Below, in pieces: positions 57,177 through 64,000 of a DNA stretch of 64,000 bases. Numbering within the stretch: position 1 is the stretch's first letter; each line of letters opens with the position of its first letter. Source of the DNA: a virus (taxonomy: Duplodnaviria > Caudoviricetes). Location of the stretch: positions 32,001 through 96,000 of the IMG/VR virus record IMGVR_UViG_3300011008_002687. One strand, 5' to 3'. The notes below the pieces were generated by a model, which was not told the DNA's origin, did not search any database, and saw only the letters and a program-made list of their open reading frames with translations. A program made the position numbers and the translations under genes.

Positions 57177-57927
57177 TTCCAGTGCATTCCTTGAAGATCA
57201 CGGGATCAAAGTTAGGCAAGGCAAGGATGATGTCCCTGTATTCCTGGCACAGTCCGTCCCACCAAAGCTGTGCACAGTCACTTTCATCCAGTACCTTCAG
57301 ATAACCACCCGTTGTCTTATATTCCGGATACTGCTGCTTTTCTTCATCCGTCATGTCACAGGCATATACCCATTCCACAACATTCTTCGGAATCTGGTTC
57401 AGCAGATGGTATGCCTTGCTGTTCCACCAGTCACGCAGCGTCCAGTCAGACGGTTTGTTGAACATGGTGATCTTCGGTTCAATCGTCATGAAACATCCGT
57501 TATTGAAAGAAGATTTGTTCCAGTCCCCGGTGTTCCAGTCCCCGGTGTTGCAGTCCCCGGTGTTCCTGTTCCCGGTGTTCCTGTTCCCGGTGTTCCTGTT
57601 CCCGGTGTTCCTGTTCCCGGTGTTCCTGTTCCCGGTGTTGCAGCCTTTCTGGACTTCATCCCAGGACAGTTCACGGATGATCAGCAGCTTGTTGGTGCAG
57701 AACTTGATGTCATCATCAGTCTTCACGTCACCAATGGCTTCCACTTCGGCCACAACCGTCTGATCAGGATCAAAGGTGTAGAAGTTGAACACGTCCGGCA
57801 GCCGTTCACAGAAACGCATTCCGGATTCACACGGGATCAGCTGCACATCTTCTTCAAAGGTTTCACCAACCTTGTACTGCTTGCCACGGCAAGTCCAGTC
57901 TTTATTAAATGCCTTGAATCCTTTCAT
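57160..57927 (-). CDS. Phage protein with NTGxx pentapeptide repeats
   Basis: GFKAF...CRGKQY N-terminus; (NTGNR)5-NTGDC-(NTGDW)2. Confidence 0.75.
   Translation of the reverse strand: MKGFKAFNKDWTCRGKQYKVGETFEEDVQLIPCESGMRFCERLPDVFNFYTFDPDQTVVAEVEAIGDVKTDDDIKFCTNKLLIIRELSWDEVQKGCNTGNRNTGNRNTGNRNTGNRNTGNRNTGDCNTGDWNTGDWNKSSFNNGCFMTIEPKITMFNKPSDWTLRDWWNSKAYHLLNQIPKNVVEWVYACDMTDEEKQQYPEYKTTGGYLKVLDESDCAQLWWDGLCQEYRDIILALPNFDPVIFKECTGIDINA
57517..57642. repeat. 15-bp tandem repeat, 8 units
   Basis: Unit TTCCCGGTGTTCCTG and variants, in frame within the CDS. Confidence 0.9.
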
Positions 57928-57930
57928 GGC

Positions 57931-59256
57931 TTATTTCTCCTTTACGTTTACTTCAGCAATTTTCATGGCCATAATGGGCACCACGCTGTTTCCGATCTTG
58001 GCCACCTGTTCCTTCACCGGATACCTGTGACCGTCAATGTCACGGTCAATCACATATTCCTTCGGGAATCCCTGTGCCAGCTTCAGTTCTTCAGGTTTCA
58101 GCATCCGGAACCAGATGTCTGCAATCACGTAGTGATCACCTTTTCTGGTCATAATGGTGCTGACCATTCCAAACCTGTCCTTGGTGGTGATGGTTGCCAG
58201 CGGTTCATCCACCGTCTGACCGCATCCCTGTCCGTAGTATTTCAGCAGGAACACCGACACCAAACCGAAGTGACCAGGGGAAGTGGTGATGGTGTGAAGC
58301 GGTTCCGTGACTTCCTGACCGGTTCCGGTCTTGTAGAACTTGGTAATGAACACGGACACCAGACCATACCTGTTGGAAGTGTCAATGGTCTGAATCGGTT
58401 CATTCACGGTCTGTCCACGGCTGTCACCTTCCTTGGTTTCACTGTGATACTGGATCAGGAATGGCATGGCAGTCTGATCTGGCAGGAAATATGGATCAGG
58501 ATTTTCAATCACATACTTCCGGATCCCGTTTGCAATTCGCTTCAACGTGGCATCTGCCAGTGGTTTCTTCCGTTCAAAGATAGAAGATCCCAGGTCAGTG
58601 AAGTCCAGCTTTTCAGCGACAGGTACCCACGGAAGCAGGCCGCCTTCACCGTTCTTGCTGTGTGTAGGCACCGGCCAGCGGATTTCCTTACCGTCAGATC
58701 TGAATACTGCATACCAGCGTTTCCTGGTAGTTGGTGCACCGAAGTCAGCAGCCACCAGTGTCCGGCATTCAAAGCTGAAACCAAGATCCTTCATGGAAGT
58801 GATAAAGCGCTGATATTCCAGACCTTTCTTTTCCGGAATCGGATGTCCTTTGTCATCCAGGTCACCCCATTCCTGGATTTCTTCCACGTTTTCCATGAAC
58901 AGAACGGTGGGAAGATGTCCGGTGATGGTCAGGATCTGTTTGCATAGCCTGTGCACTGCCCACGGAAGAATCCGAAGACCGGCTTCACGTGGCTGGCCAC
59001 CCTTGGCCTTGCTGTGGCTGGTGCAGTCAGGACTTGCCCACATCACATCCACCGTGTCATCCGGATCCAGATAGTTGGCCAGATCAACCTGGAAGATGTC
59101 TTCAGTCAGGTGCAGTGTTCTGGGATGGTTCACTGTGTGCATCCGGATAGCGGCAGGATCATGGTTGATTGCTATGTTCACTTCAATGCCTGCCATCCGT
59201 AGGCCTTCAGAAGCACCGCCGCCACCGGCAAAGCCGTCTATTGATACATGCTTCAT
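57931..59256 (-). CDS. DNA cytosine-C5 methyltransferase
   Basis: FAGGGG, SPDC, ENV, R.R, IGNSV motifs. Confidence 0.9.
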   Translation of the reverse strand: MKHVSIDGFAGGGGASEGLRMAGIEVNIAINHDPAAIRMHTVNHPRTLHLTEDIFQVDLANYLDPDDTVDVMWASPDCTSHSKAKGGQPREAGLRILPWAVHRLCKQILTITGHLPTVLFMENVEEIQEWGDLDDKGHPIPEKKGLEYQRFITSMKDLGFSFECRTLVAADFGAPTTRKRWYAVFRSDGKEIRWPVPTHSKNGEGGLLPWVPVAEKLDFTDLGSSIFERKKPLADATLKRIANGIRKYVIENPDPYFLPDQTAMPFLIQYHSETKEGDSRGQTVNEPIQTIDTSNRYGLVSVFITKFYKTGTGQEVTEPLHTITTSPGHFGLVSVFLLKYYGQGCGQTVDEPLATITTKDRFGMVSTIMTRKGDHYVIADIWFRMLKPEELKLAQGFPKEYVIDRDIDGHRYPVKEQVAKIGNSVVPIMAMKIAEVNVKEK

Positions 59257-59258
59257 AA

Positions 59259-60164
59259 TCAGCACCATCCTTTCAGCCATTCAATGGTTTCATGGTAGTT
59301 ATCTTCCACCATCCGAAGTTCAGCCTTTTCCTGCTTTTCTCTGTCACAGATCTGCTGATACAGGTCATCATCACGATAGGCAGTCACTTCATCACGGATC
59401 AGCTGTGTCAGCATTTGCGGTTCCAGTGCATCCAGTTCCCATGATTCTTCACCATATTCCTGGATGTACTTATCACACCTGCTGTCAGTGATCTTTGCAG
59501 GATTGGGTGGTGGGTTGTATGTATCAACCTGATCCATGGTTAAAGCCACACGCTTCACATATACGTCTGCACCAAACATGTTCAGCCTGTCCTGAATATC
59601 CCTGGTCATATCAATTCCGGAAGGATCATGATCACCAAGATGAATGATGATCCGCTGTTCCCGGTGTTGCTGACTGATGAAGCGCTGTGCAGCTGACCAC
59701 ATTTCAGACTGGGAAGTATAACCACGGCAGCTGAAGTGTGGTGTGTCTATAGGTCTGCAAGCCTGACTTACAATGTCAATCAGGGCATCCTTTTCCACCC
59801 AGACTTCCACATAGTTTGGTTGACCTTTCCACTTATCCAGCAGGTAGGAATACCTTGCCGAAGCAATCACGTCTTCAGGACGTTCCCAGTGACTGTTCCC
59901 ACGGATATATCTGGTTCTGTCAGTGATGCTGTTCCAATCAATCAGACCGGCCAATCTGCCATCATTGATCAGATTGCCAATGTTCTTGTATGACCGTTCA
60001 TTGTTTGGAATGTAACCACGTGCAACCAGTTGATAATAGGCCTGACGCAATGTCAGTTCATATCCTTGATTGCTGTATTCGCTGACAACACCATTGATCA
60101 GTTTGATCAGATCCAGGCTGGACTTTCTGAAGTTGATTTCCCTGTACTGGATCTTAGGCATCAA
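59259..60164 (-). CDS. Topoisomerase VI-A/Spo11-like WHD+TOPRIM protein
   Basis: TLRQAYYQLV, VWVEKDA, GDHDPSG, ELDAL. Confidence 0.75.
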   Translation of the reverse strand: MMPKIQYREINFRKSSLDLIKLINGVVSEYSNQGYELTLRQAYYQLVARGYIPNNERSYKNIGNLINDGRLAGLIDWNSITDRTRYIRGNSHWERPEDVIASARYSYLLDKWKGQPNYVEVWVEKDALIDIVSQACRPIDTPHFSCRGYTSQSEMWSAAQRFISQQHREQRIIIHLGDHDPSGIDMTRDIQDRLNMFGADVYVKRVALTMDQVDTYNPPPNPAKITDSRCDKYIQEYGEESWELDALEPQMLTQLIRDEVTAYRDDDLYQQICDREKQEKAELRMVEDNYHETIEWLKGWC

Positions 60165-60582
60165 CTTTCACCCCCTCTATCTGTTCCAGCCGGTCACCAT
60201 TGATCACGTATGTCCAACTGTGATCCGTGGTCTTGATGCCATACCCCCAAGGGAAAACACCCTGCTGAAGTCCCTTAGACACCGTGTCCTTGTCAATGCC
60301 CATGGCCTTGGCTGCCTGTTTTACTGTCAGCCTTCTGATGGATCCTGCCTTCTTGGTCACCGGCATCACACCGAAGGCCGGAAGTTGATCATCTTCCTTG
60401 GTGAAGTAGTCCGGATCCAGTCCAAGTGACACTGCCATATCACGCTGAACGTCTTCCGGGGGAATCTGCTTGCCAGACAGGTACTGACTGATTGATCCCT
60501 TGGACTTTCCAGTCAGACCACAAACCTGTGTCTGCTTCAGATTCAGATCCTGCATAGCCTTTTTCAGTCTTTCATTGAACAT
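60154..60582 (-). CDS. XRE HTH protein with C-terminal excisionase-like HTH
   Basis: SISQYLSGK; LTVKQAAKAMG...GLQQGVFPWG. Confidence 0.75.
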   Translation of the reverse strand: MFNERLKKAMQDLNLKQTQVCGLTGKSKGSISQYLSGKQIPPEDVQRDMAVSLGLDPDYFTKEDDQLPAFGVMPVTKKAGSIRRLTVKQAAKAMGIDKDTVSKGLQQGVFPWGYGIKTTDHSWTYVINGDRLEQIEGVKVDA

Positions 60583-60615
60583 TCCTTGATACCTTCCTTT
60601 CTTTGCGGTTGATTA

Positions 60616-60840
60616 TTATTCCACCTTGTTGGCAAAAAAAATGGCTTCAAATTCTTCAGAAGTCATGTTCAGAAGATCCCGGAGAATGCAGGCTTCAGAC
60701 ATGGTGAATTCTGTCTTGTTGTTCAGCTTGTTCAGGAATCCCTGATGTGTCAGGCCACACTTTTCAGCAATGAATGCAATCTTGTAGCCAGAATCATCAA
60801 TCTTCTTCCGAAGAAGTTCAGTGTTGGTCATTGTTGCCAC
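60616..60840 (-). CDS. Cro-like HTH protein
   Basis: IAEKCGLT...KLNNKTEF...IFF. Confidence 0.75.
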   Translation of the reverse strand: MATMTNTELLRKKIDDSGYKIAFIAEKCGLTHQGFLNKLNNKTEFTMSEACILRDLLNMTSEEFEAIFFANKVE

Positions 60841-60849
60841 CTTCCTTTC

Positions 60850-61050
60850 TTAAATATCACAGTTGCCGTCTTCCGGAAACTGGTTCTTGTTGTACTGCTT
60901 CCTGATCTGGACAAAGACCTTGCCTTCAGTGTCAGTCCGTTCAGACATTATGCTAAACTTTCCAGTCAGGCTTTTCTTGTAGTCCTGATATTCAGCCTGA
61001 TTGTCAAACTGGATCACCTGTTCAATCCAGGCCAGTAGAATCTTTTTCAT
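60850..61050 (-). CDS. Hypothetical protein
   Basis: 66 aa coupled ORF. Confidence 0.5.
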   Translation of the reverse strand: MKKILLAWIEQVIQFDNQAEYQDYKKSLTGKFSIMSERTDTEGKVFVQIRKQYNKNQFPEDGNCDI

Positions 61051-61222
61051 GCTTCACCTGCTTTCCATTACTTATGTAAAACCCTATGGGATTCTGCTTG
61101 TCTTTCTCATAAATCAGATCCGTTCCATCCTTCAAATTGATTTCAATTTTCAGATGCCGGTATGGTAACCGTTCAACCCATTGTTCAATTTTGTTCAGTA
61201 TTTTCCATTCTTCCTGCTTCAC
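61022..61222 (-). CDS. Hypothetical protein
   Basis: 66 aa coupled ORF. Confidence 0.5.
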   Translation of the reverse strand: MKQEEWKILNKIEQWVERLPYRHLKIEINLKDGTDLIYEKDKQNPIGFYISNGKQVKHEKDSTGLD

Positions 61223-61663
61223 TTTACGCTTGCACCCCTAAAGATGACCACCATGGAAGGAAATGGTGCTGCATTCTTCTGACTTCCAAACTTCAACCTT
61301 CCCTTCACAAACCGGATTTCAGACCGGTGCATGATGTAATTGTGGAAGTACCTGGTGTCAGTTCTGGAAGGAATCAGCAGCACAACCACCGTGTTGTCCT
61401 TCCTGGTTTCATAGAATGCCTTGGCCACCCACTTTTCAATCTCTGAATACGGTGGATTGCAGAAAACGACATCCCCCCCCCCAGTCAGCTTTCAGGCCGT
61501 CATCTTCTTTGCTGAAATACCTGTTGCATTTATGGTTTTCTGCCGTTGCACACGGATCCAGGGTGAAATGAAATTCTGCATCCAGTTCATTGAAGAAGTC
61601 CTGTGGTGTTGACCATTCATCAGATTTCTTGCTGAACATCACTTCAGTGTTCATAAGCATCAC
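61219..61663 (-). pseudogene. Phage N6-adenine MTase (Dam family), frameshifted at a G10 tract (possibly phase-variable)
   Basis: 5' half DEWSTPQ..FTLDPCA..DGLKADW; 3' frame VFCNPPY..VLLIPSRTDTRYFH..RLKF..APFPS; G9 would join them. Confidence 0.85.
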
Positions 61664-61917
61664 CCCTTTTCACGCCACCGGAAGAAGTCATCTGCACGGT
61701 ACAGCATGACAAAATCACCTTCCAGATCATCCAGATCATAATACTGACCAACTTCACGATCCATGGCCACGATCACCAGCATGTAGAAGTCCTGTTCATA
61801 TTCCATGCAGGCATCCCTGATTTCATCCAGTGTCAGCCGTCCACGGCTTTTCTTGATGTTCAGGATCCACTGGCCGGTCTTGTCATAGTCAGACCAGACT
61901 TCAATTCCTTTCTTCAT
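61660..61917 (-). CDS. Hypothetical protein
   Basis: 85 aa coupled ORF. Confidence 0.55.
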   Translation of the reverse strand: MKKGIEVWSDYDKTGQWILNIKKSRGRLTLDEIRDACMEYEQDFYMLVIVAMDREVGQYYDLDDLEGDFVMLYRADDFFRWREKG

Positions 61918-62186
61918 GCCTGTGCTTCCTCTAAGCTGCTGGACACGTCATCAATCTGACCTTTCAGATCATCCAAGGTGTTCCATGCATCATCCATGTT
62001 GCTGACGGCATCTTCTGCCATGCTGTACTTTTCCGATCCCTGAAGGTTTTCAGGCATGTTGTCCAGATATTCCTGTTCTTCATCCTTAATAGATTCAATG
62101 TCATCCAAGATGGATTCCATTTCAGACTGAACTTCGGCCAACCTTTTGATCACGTCATCAATGGCTTTTCTTCTGATCTTGTTCAT
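61914..62186 (-). CDS. Conserved phage coiled-coil protein
   Basis: MNK.RRK...EEQEYLDNMPENLQGSE motif. Confidence 0.65.
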   Translation of the reverse strand: MNKIRRKAIDDVIKRLAEVQSEMESILDDIESIKDEEQEYLDNMPENLQGSEKYSMAEDAVSNMDDAWNTLDDLKGQIDDVSSSLEEAQA

Positions 62187-62257
62187 AGTTCACATTCCTT
62201 TCTTTATAGTGTGAAGGGTGGTCTGTTATCCACCCTTCACGGTGCCTGCATTGGTTA

Positions 62258-62737
62258 TCACTTAATAGTGTAGAGGGTGTCAACTGCTTCCTTCCGGATC
62301 AAAAACATCACGTTTTCAACAGTCTGATCTTCACTGTGCTTCACAATGTCCTGTGCAATTTCATAGATCCAGTGAACTGTAGGATCCTGCACACCAACAG
62401 TGTTCAGCATGAAGTTGTAGTCAGACACGCTGCCACAGGTGTACAGGTTGTGCTTGATGCACATGCAGCGGATGCTGTCCGGATCCCACTTGGTTTCTTC
62501 AATGATTTCCGGTTCCTGTTCAATGTAGATCCGGATGGTCTTGATCCCTTTGCCTTCCTGGATGTTCAGTTCCAGGGAAGTGTTCAGGTCACTGATCCAG
62601 CTGTTGTTTCCTTCGGCAGCGCTCATGAAGATAGGGTATCCTGCATTTTCACTGGCCTTATAGTCCTTTTCCCAGTCTGTGGGGAAAAGTCTTTCAGCTT
62701 CCTTCCAAGCTGCTTCACGGTTCCTGACTTTAATCAT
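62258..62737 (-). CDS. Hypothetical early protein
   Basis: 159 aa; first gene of leftward operon, strong RBS. Confidence 0.6.
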   Translation of the reverse strand: MIKVRNREAAWKEAERLFPTDWEKDYKASENAGYPIFMSAAEGNNSWISDLNTSLELNIQEGKGIKTIRIYIEQEPEIIEETKWDPDSIRCMCIKHNLYTCGSVSDYNFMLNTVGVQDPTVHWIYEIAQDIVKHSEDQTVENVMFLIRKEAVDTLYTIK

Positions 62738-62798
62738 GATTCACATTCCTTTCATTGGTTATCACTTGGACTTTTTCTGGATGCTGCTACATCCGGAA

Positions 62799-62910
62799 GG
62801 TTGATTATTGTTCCACCTGCTGCTATCTTACCACCACGGGGAATGCCTGTCAACTATTTTTTCAGGAAATTGAAAAAATTATTGAACATAGGGCAACCAC
62901 GTGGTAAAAT
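62799..62910. promoter_or_regulatory. Divergent lytic/lysogenic promoters with operator-like sites
   Basis: Leftward TTGACA-17-TAAGAT (62853-62825); rightward TTGAAC-17-TAAAAT (62882-62910); GGTTGA-N7-TCCACC at 62799. Confidence 0.75.
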
Positions 62911-62935
62911 GGTACCTATGAAAGGGGGTGATCAT

Positions 62936-63361
62936 ATGGGTGCCAGCAAAGATCCTTATCTTCAGACGCTTGGCCAAAACATCAAATACCTTCGGATTCA
63001 ACATGGCTGGTCACAGGAAGAACTGGCTGAAAAATGTGGATATACTTCTGACACCAGAAAGTCAACCATCAGCAAAATTGAAAACGGTCAATCAGACCTT
63101 CCCATTTCAAAACTGAAGATCTTTGCCAAGGTTCTTGGTGTGACATGTTCAGATCTTTGTGACAGCGTTCAGGACAAAGAACAAAAGATCATCTGTGATC
63201 TGATGGAAAAATGCTATGGCCAGGATGCATACAGAATGGTGCAGACGTTTCTGAAGCTGGATCAGGATGACCGGCTGATCATCTATGGTGAAATGCTGGG
63301 AATGATGAAGGCTGACAAGTATGCTGTGAAAAAAGAATCATCAGAACAGAAGGCAATGTGA
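62936..63361 (+). CDS. CI-like XRE repressor
   Basis: LGQNIKYLR...SQEELAEKCGY...STISKIENG; divergent from early operon; RBS GGGGGTGA. Confidence 0.88.
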   Translation: MGASKDPYLQTLGQNIKYLRIQHGWSQEELAEKCGYTSDTRKSTISKIENGQSDLPISKLKIFAKVLGVTCSDLCDSVQDKEQKIICDLMEKCYGQDAYRMVQTFLKLDQDDRLIIYGEMLGMMKADKYAVKKESSEQKAM

Positions 63362-63385
63362 TCTATGTTGACTTTTCACATGACA

Positions 63386-63578
63386 GGTAACGGTTGGTAA
63401 CGGGTAACGGTTGCTTTTTCTACTCTTATATTTTCACTTTTTTCAAAATTATTCTAAGTACACTTATAGTAATTTACTGCAAAAATGAAAACAGCCGTAA
63501 CCAAGCGTTACCACCTGTAAAATCAACGCTTTTCAACCGTTACCTGAACCGTTACCAAGTAGTGATTCAACCGTAACC
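63386..63578. repeat. Iteron array 2 (same motif as array 1)
   Basis: GGTAACGG(TT) x3, AT-rich core, AACCGTTACC-like x5. Confidence 0.75.
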
Positions 63579-63601
63579 AATGCCAAGAAAGGGGTGTTTT
63601 T

Positions 63602-64000
63602 ATGTTTGGGAAGAAGAAAAATGACAAGCCGGATGCAGTTGGCAATCATGTTTCCGGTCTTGATCTGCCTGAAGGCCAGCTTGTATCCGTTACCTTGACA
63701 GATGAACAGGTAATCATCAAGGCACCTGCCGCAAAAAAGGAATACAGCATCACGCTGGACAGGGTGACAGGGGTTTCACAGTATGATGATGTGGAAATTC
63801 AAAGCCACATGAAGTCATCATTGGCCAGGGGAATTGCCGGTGCTGTCGCCTTCGGTCTTGCCGGTGCTGTTATTGGCAGTCAGCCAAAGGAAAAGAAGAA
63901 ACGTGTGATCCACATGTTCCTGGTGATTGACTATGTTGACGGTCAGATCATTATCACGTCTGATGTATGCTACAGGTTTTCAGATGTAGTGAAAAAGTTC
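63602..64000 (+). CDS. Lysogeny-module protein with glycine-zipper segment (partial)
   Basis: MFGKKK...SSLARGIAGAVAFGLAGAVIGS; open to window edge. Confidence 0.6.
   Translation, partial: MFGKKKNDKPDAVGNHVSGLDLPEGQLVSVTLTDEQVIIKAPAAKKEYSITLDRVTGVSQYDDVEIQSHMKSSLARGIAGAVAFGLAGAVIGSQPKEKKKRVIHMFLVIDYVDGQIIITSDVCYRFSDVVKKF

Larger units (their letters stand above)
19434..64000 (-). mobile_element. Phage B: near-complete temperate myovirus-type (pro)phage, repressor to lysin; integrase not in window
   Basis: Complete, ordered immunity-replication-packaging-head-tail-lysis modules. Confidence 0.9.

Noticed and set aside
57517-57642. Asn-rich repeat as second DGR target or CRISPR
   Set aside because: No similarity to TR, includes a non-A difference, and has no spacers
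62336-62935. N-terminal 200-aa extension of the repressor in the ORF track
   Set aside because: Overlaps an opposite-strand gene and the promoters; RBS supports the start at 62936

Overview
The window holds parts of two different contractile-tailed temperate phages of Clostridia/Lachnospiraceae type (host inferred from gene families), both read mainly on the minus strand and joined at about 19.3-19.43 kb. Phage A (1-~19.3 kb) is a late region: DUF488, an atypical tRNA-Gly(UCC), an N6-adenine-MTase/GNAT-like fusion, a ParB-like gene, terminase, portal, head and tail genes, with the tape measure running off the left edge. Phage B (~19.43-64 kb) is nearly complete, from repressor to endolysin. 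It has a PolB/primase-helicase replication module, SPP1-type head and PBSX/Xkd-type tail genes. It also carries a diversity-generating retroelement (TR/VR differ only at TR adenines; no avd visible), a MuF-papain-fold toxin/immunity pair, a Dam-family MTase frameshifted in a G10 tract, and two matching iteron arrays. The best candidate for an undescribed system is phage A's operon. It couples an apparently non-translational tRNA-Gly to a SAM-MTase/Mom-like GNAT enzyme and ParB directly upstream of the terminase, suggesting aminoacyl-tRNA-dependent DNA hypermodification with a dedicated donor tRNA (inference). All family calls come from motif recognition by eye; no searches were run.
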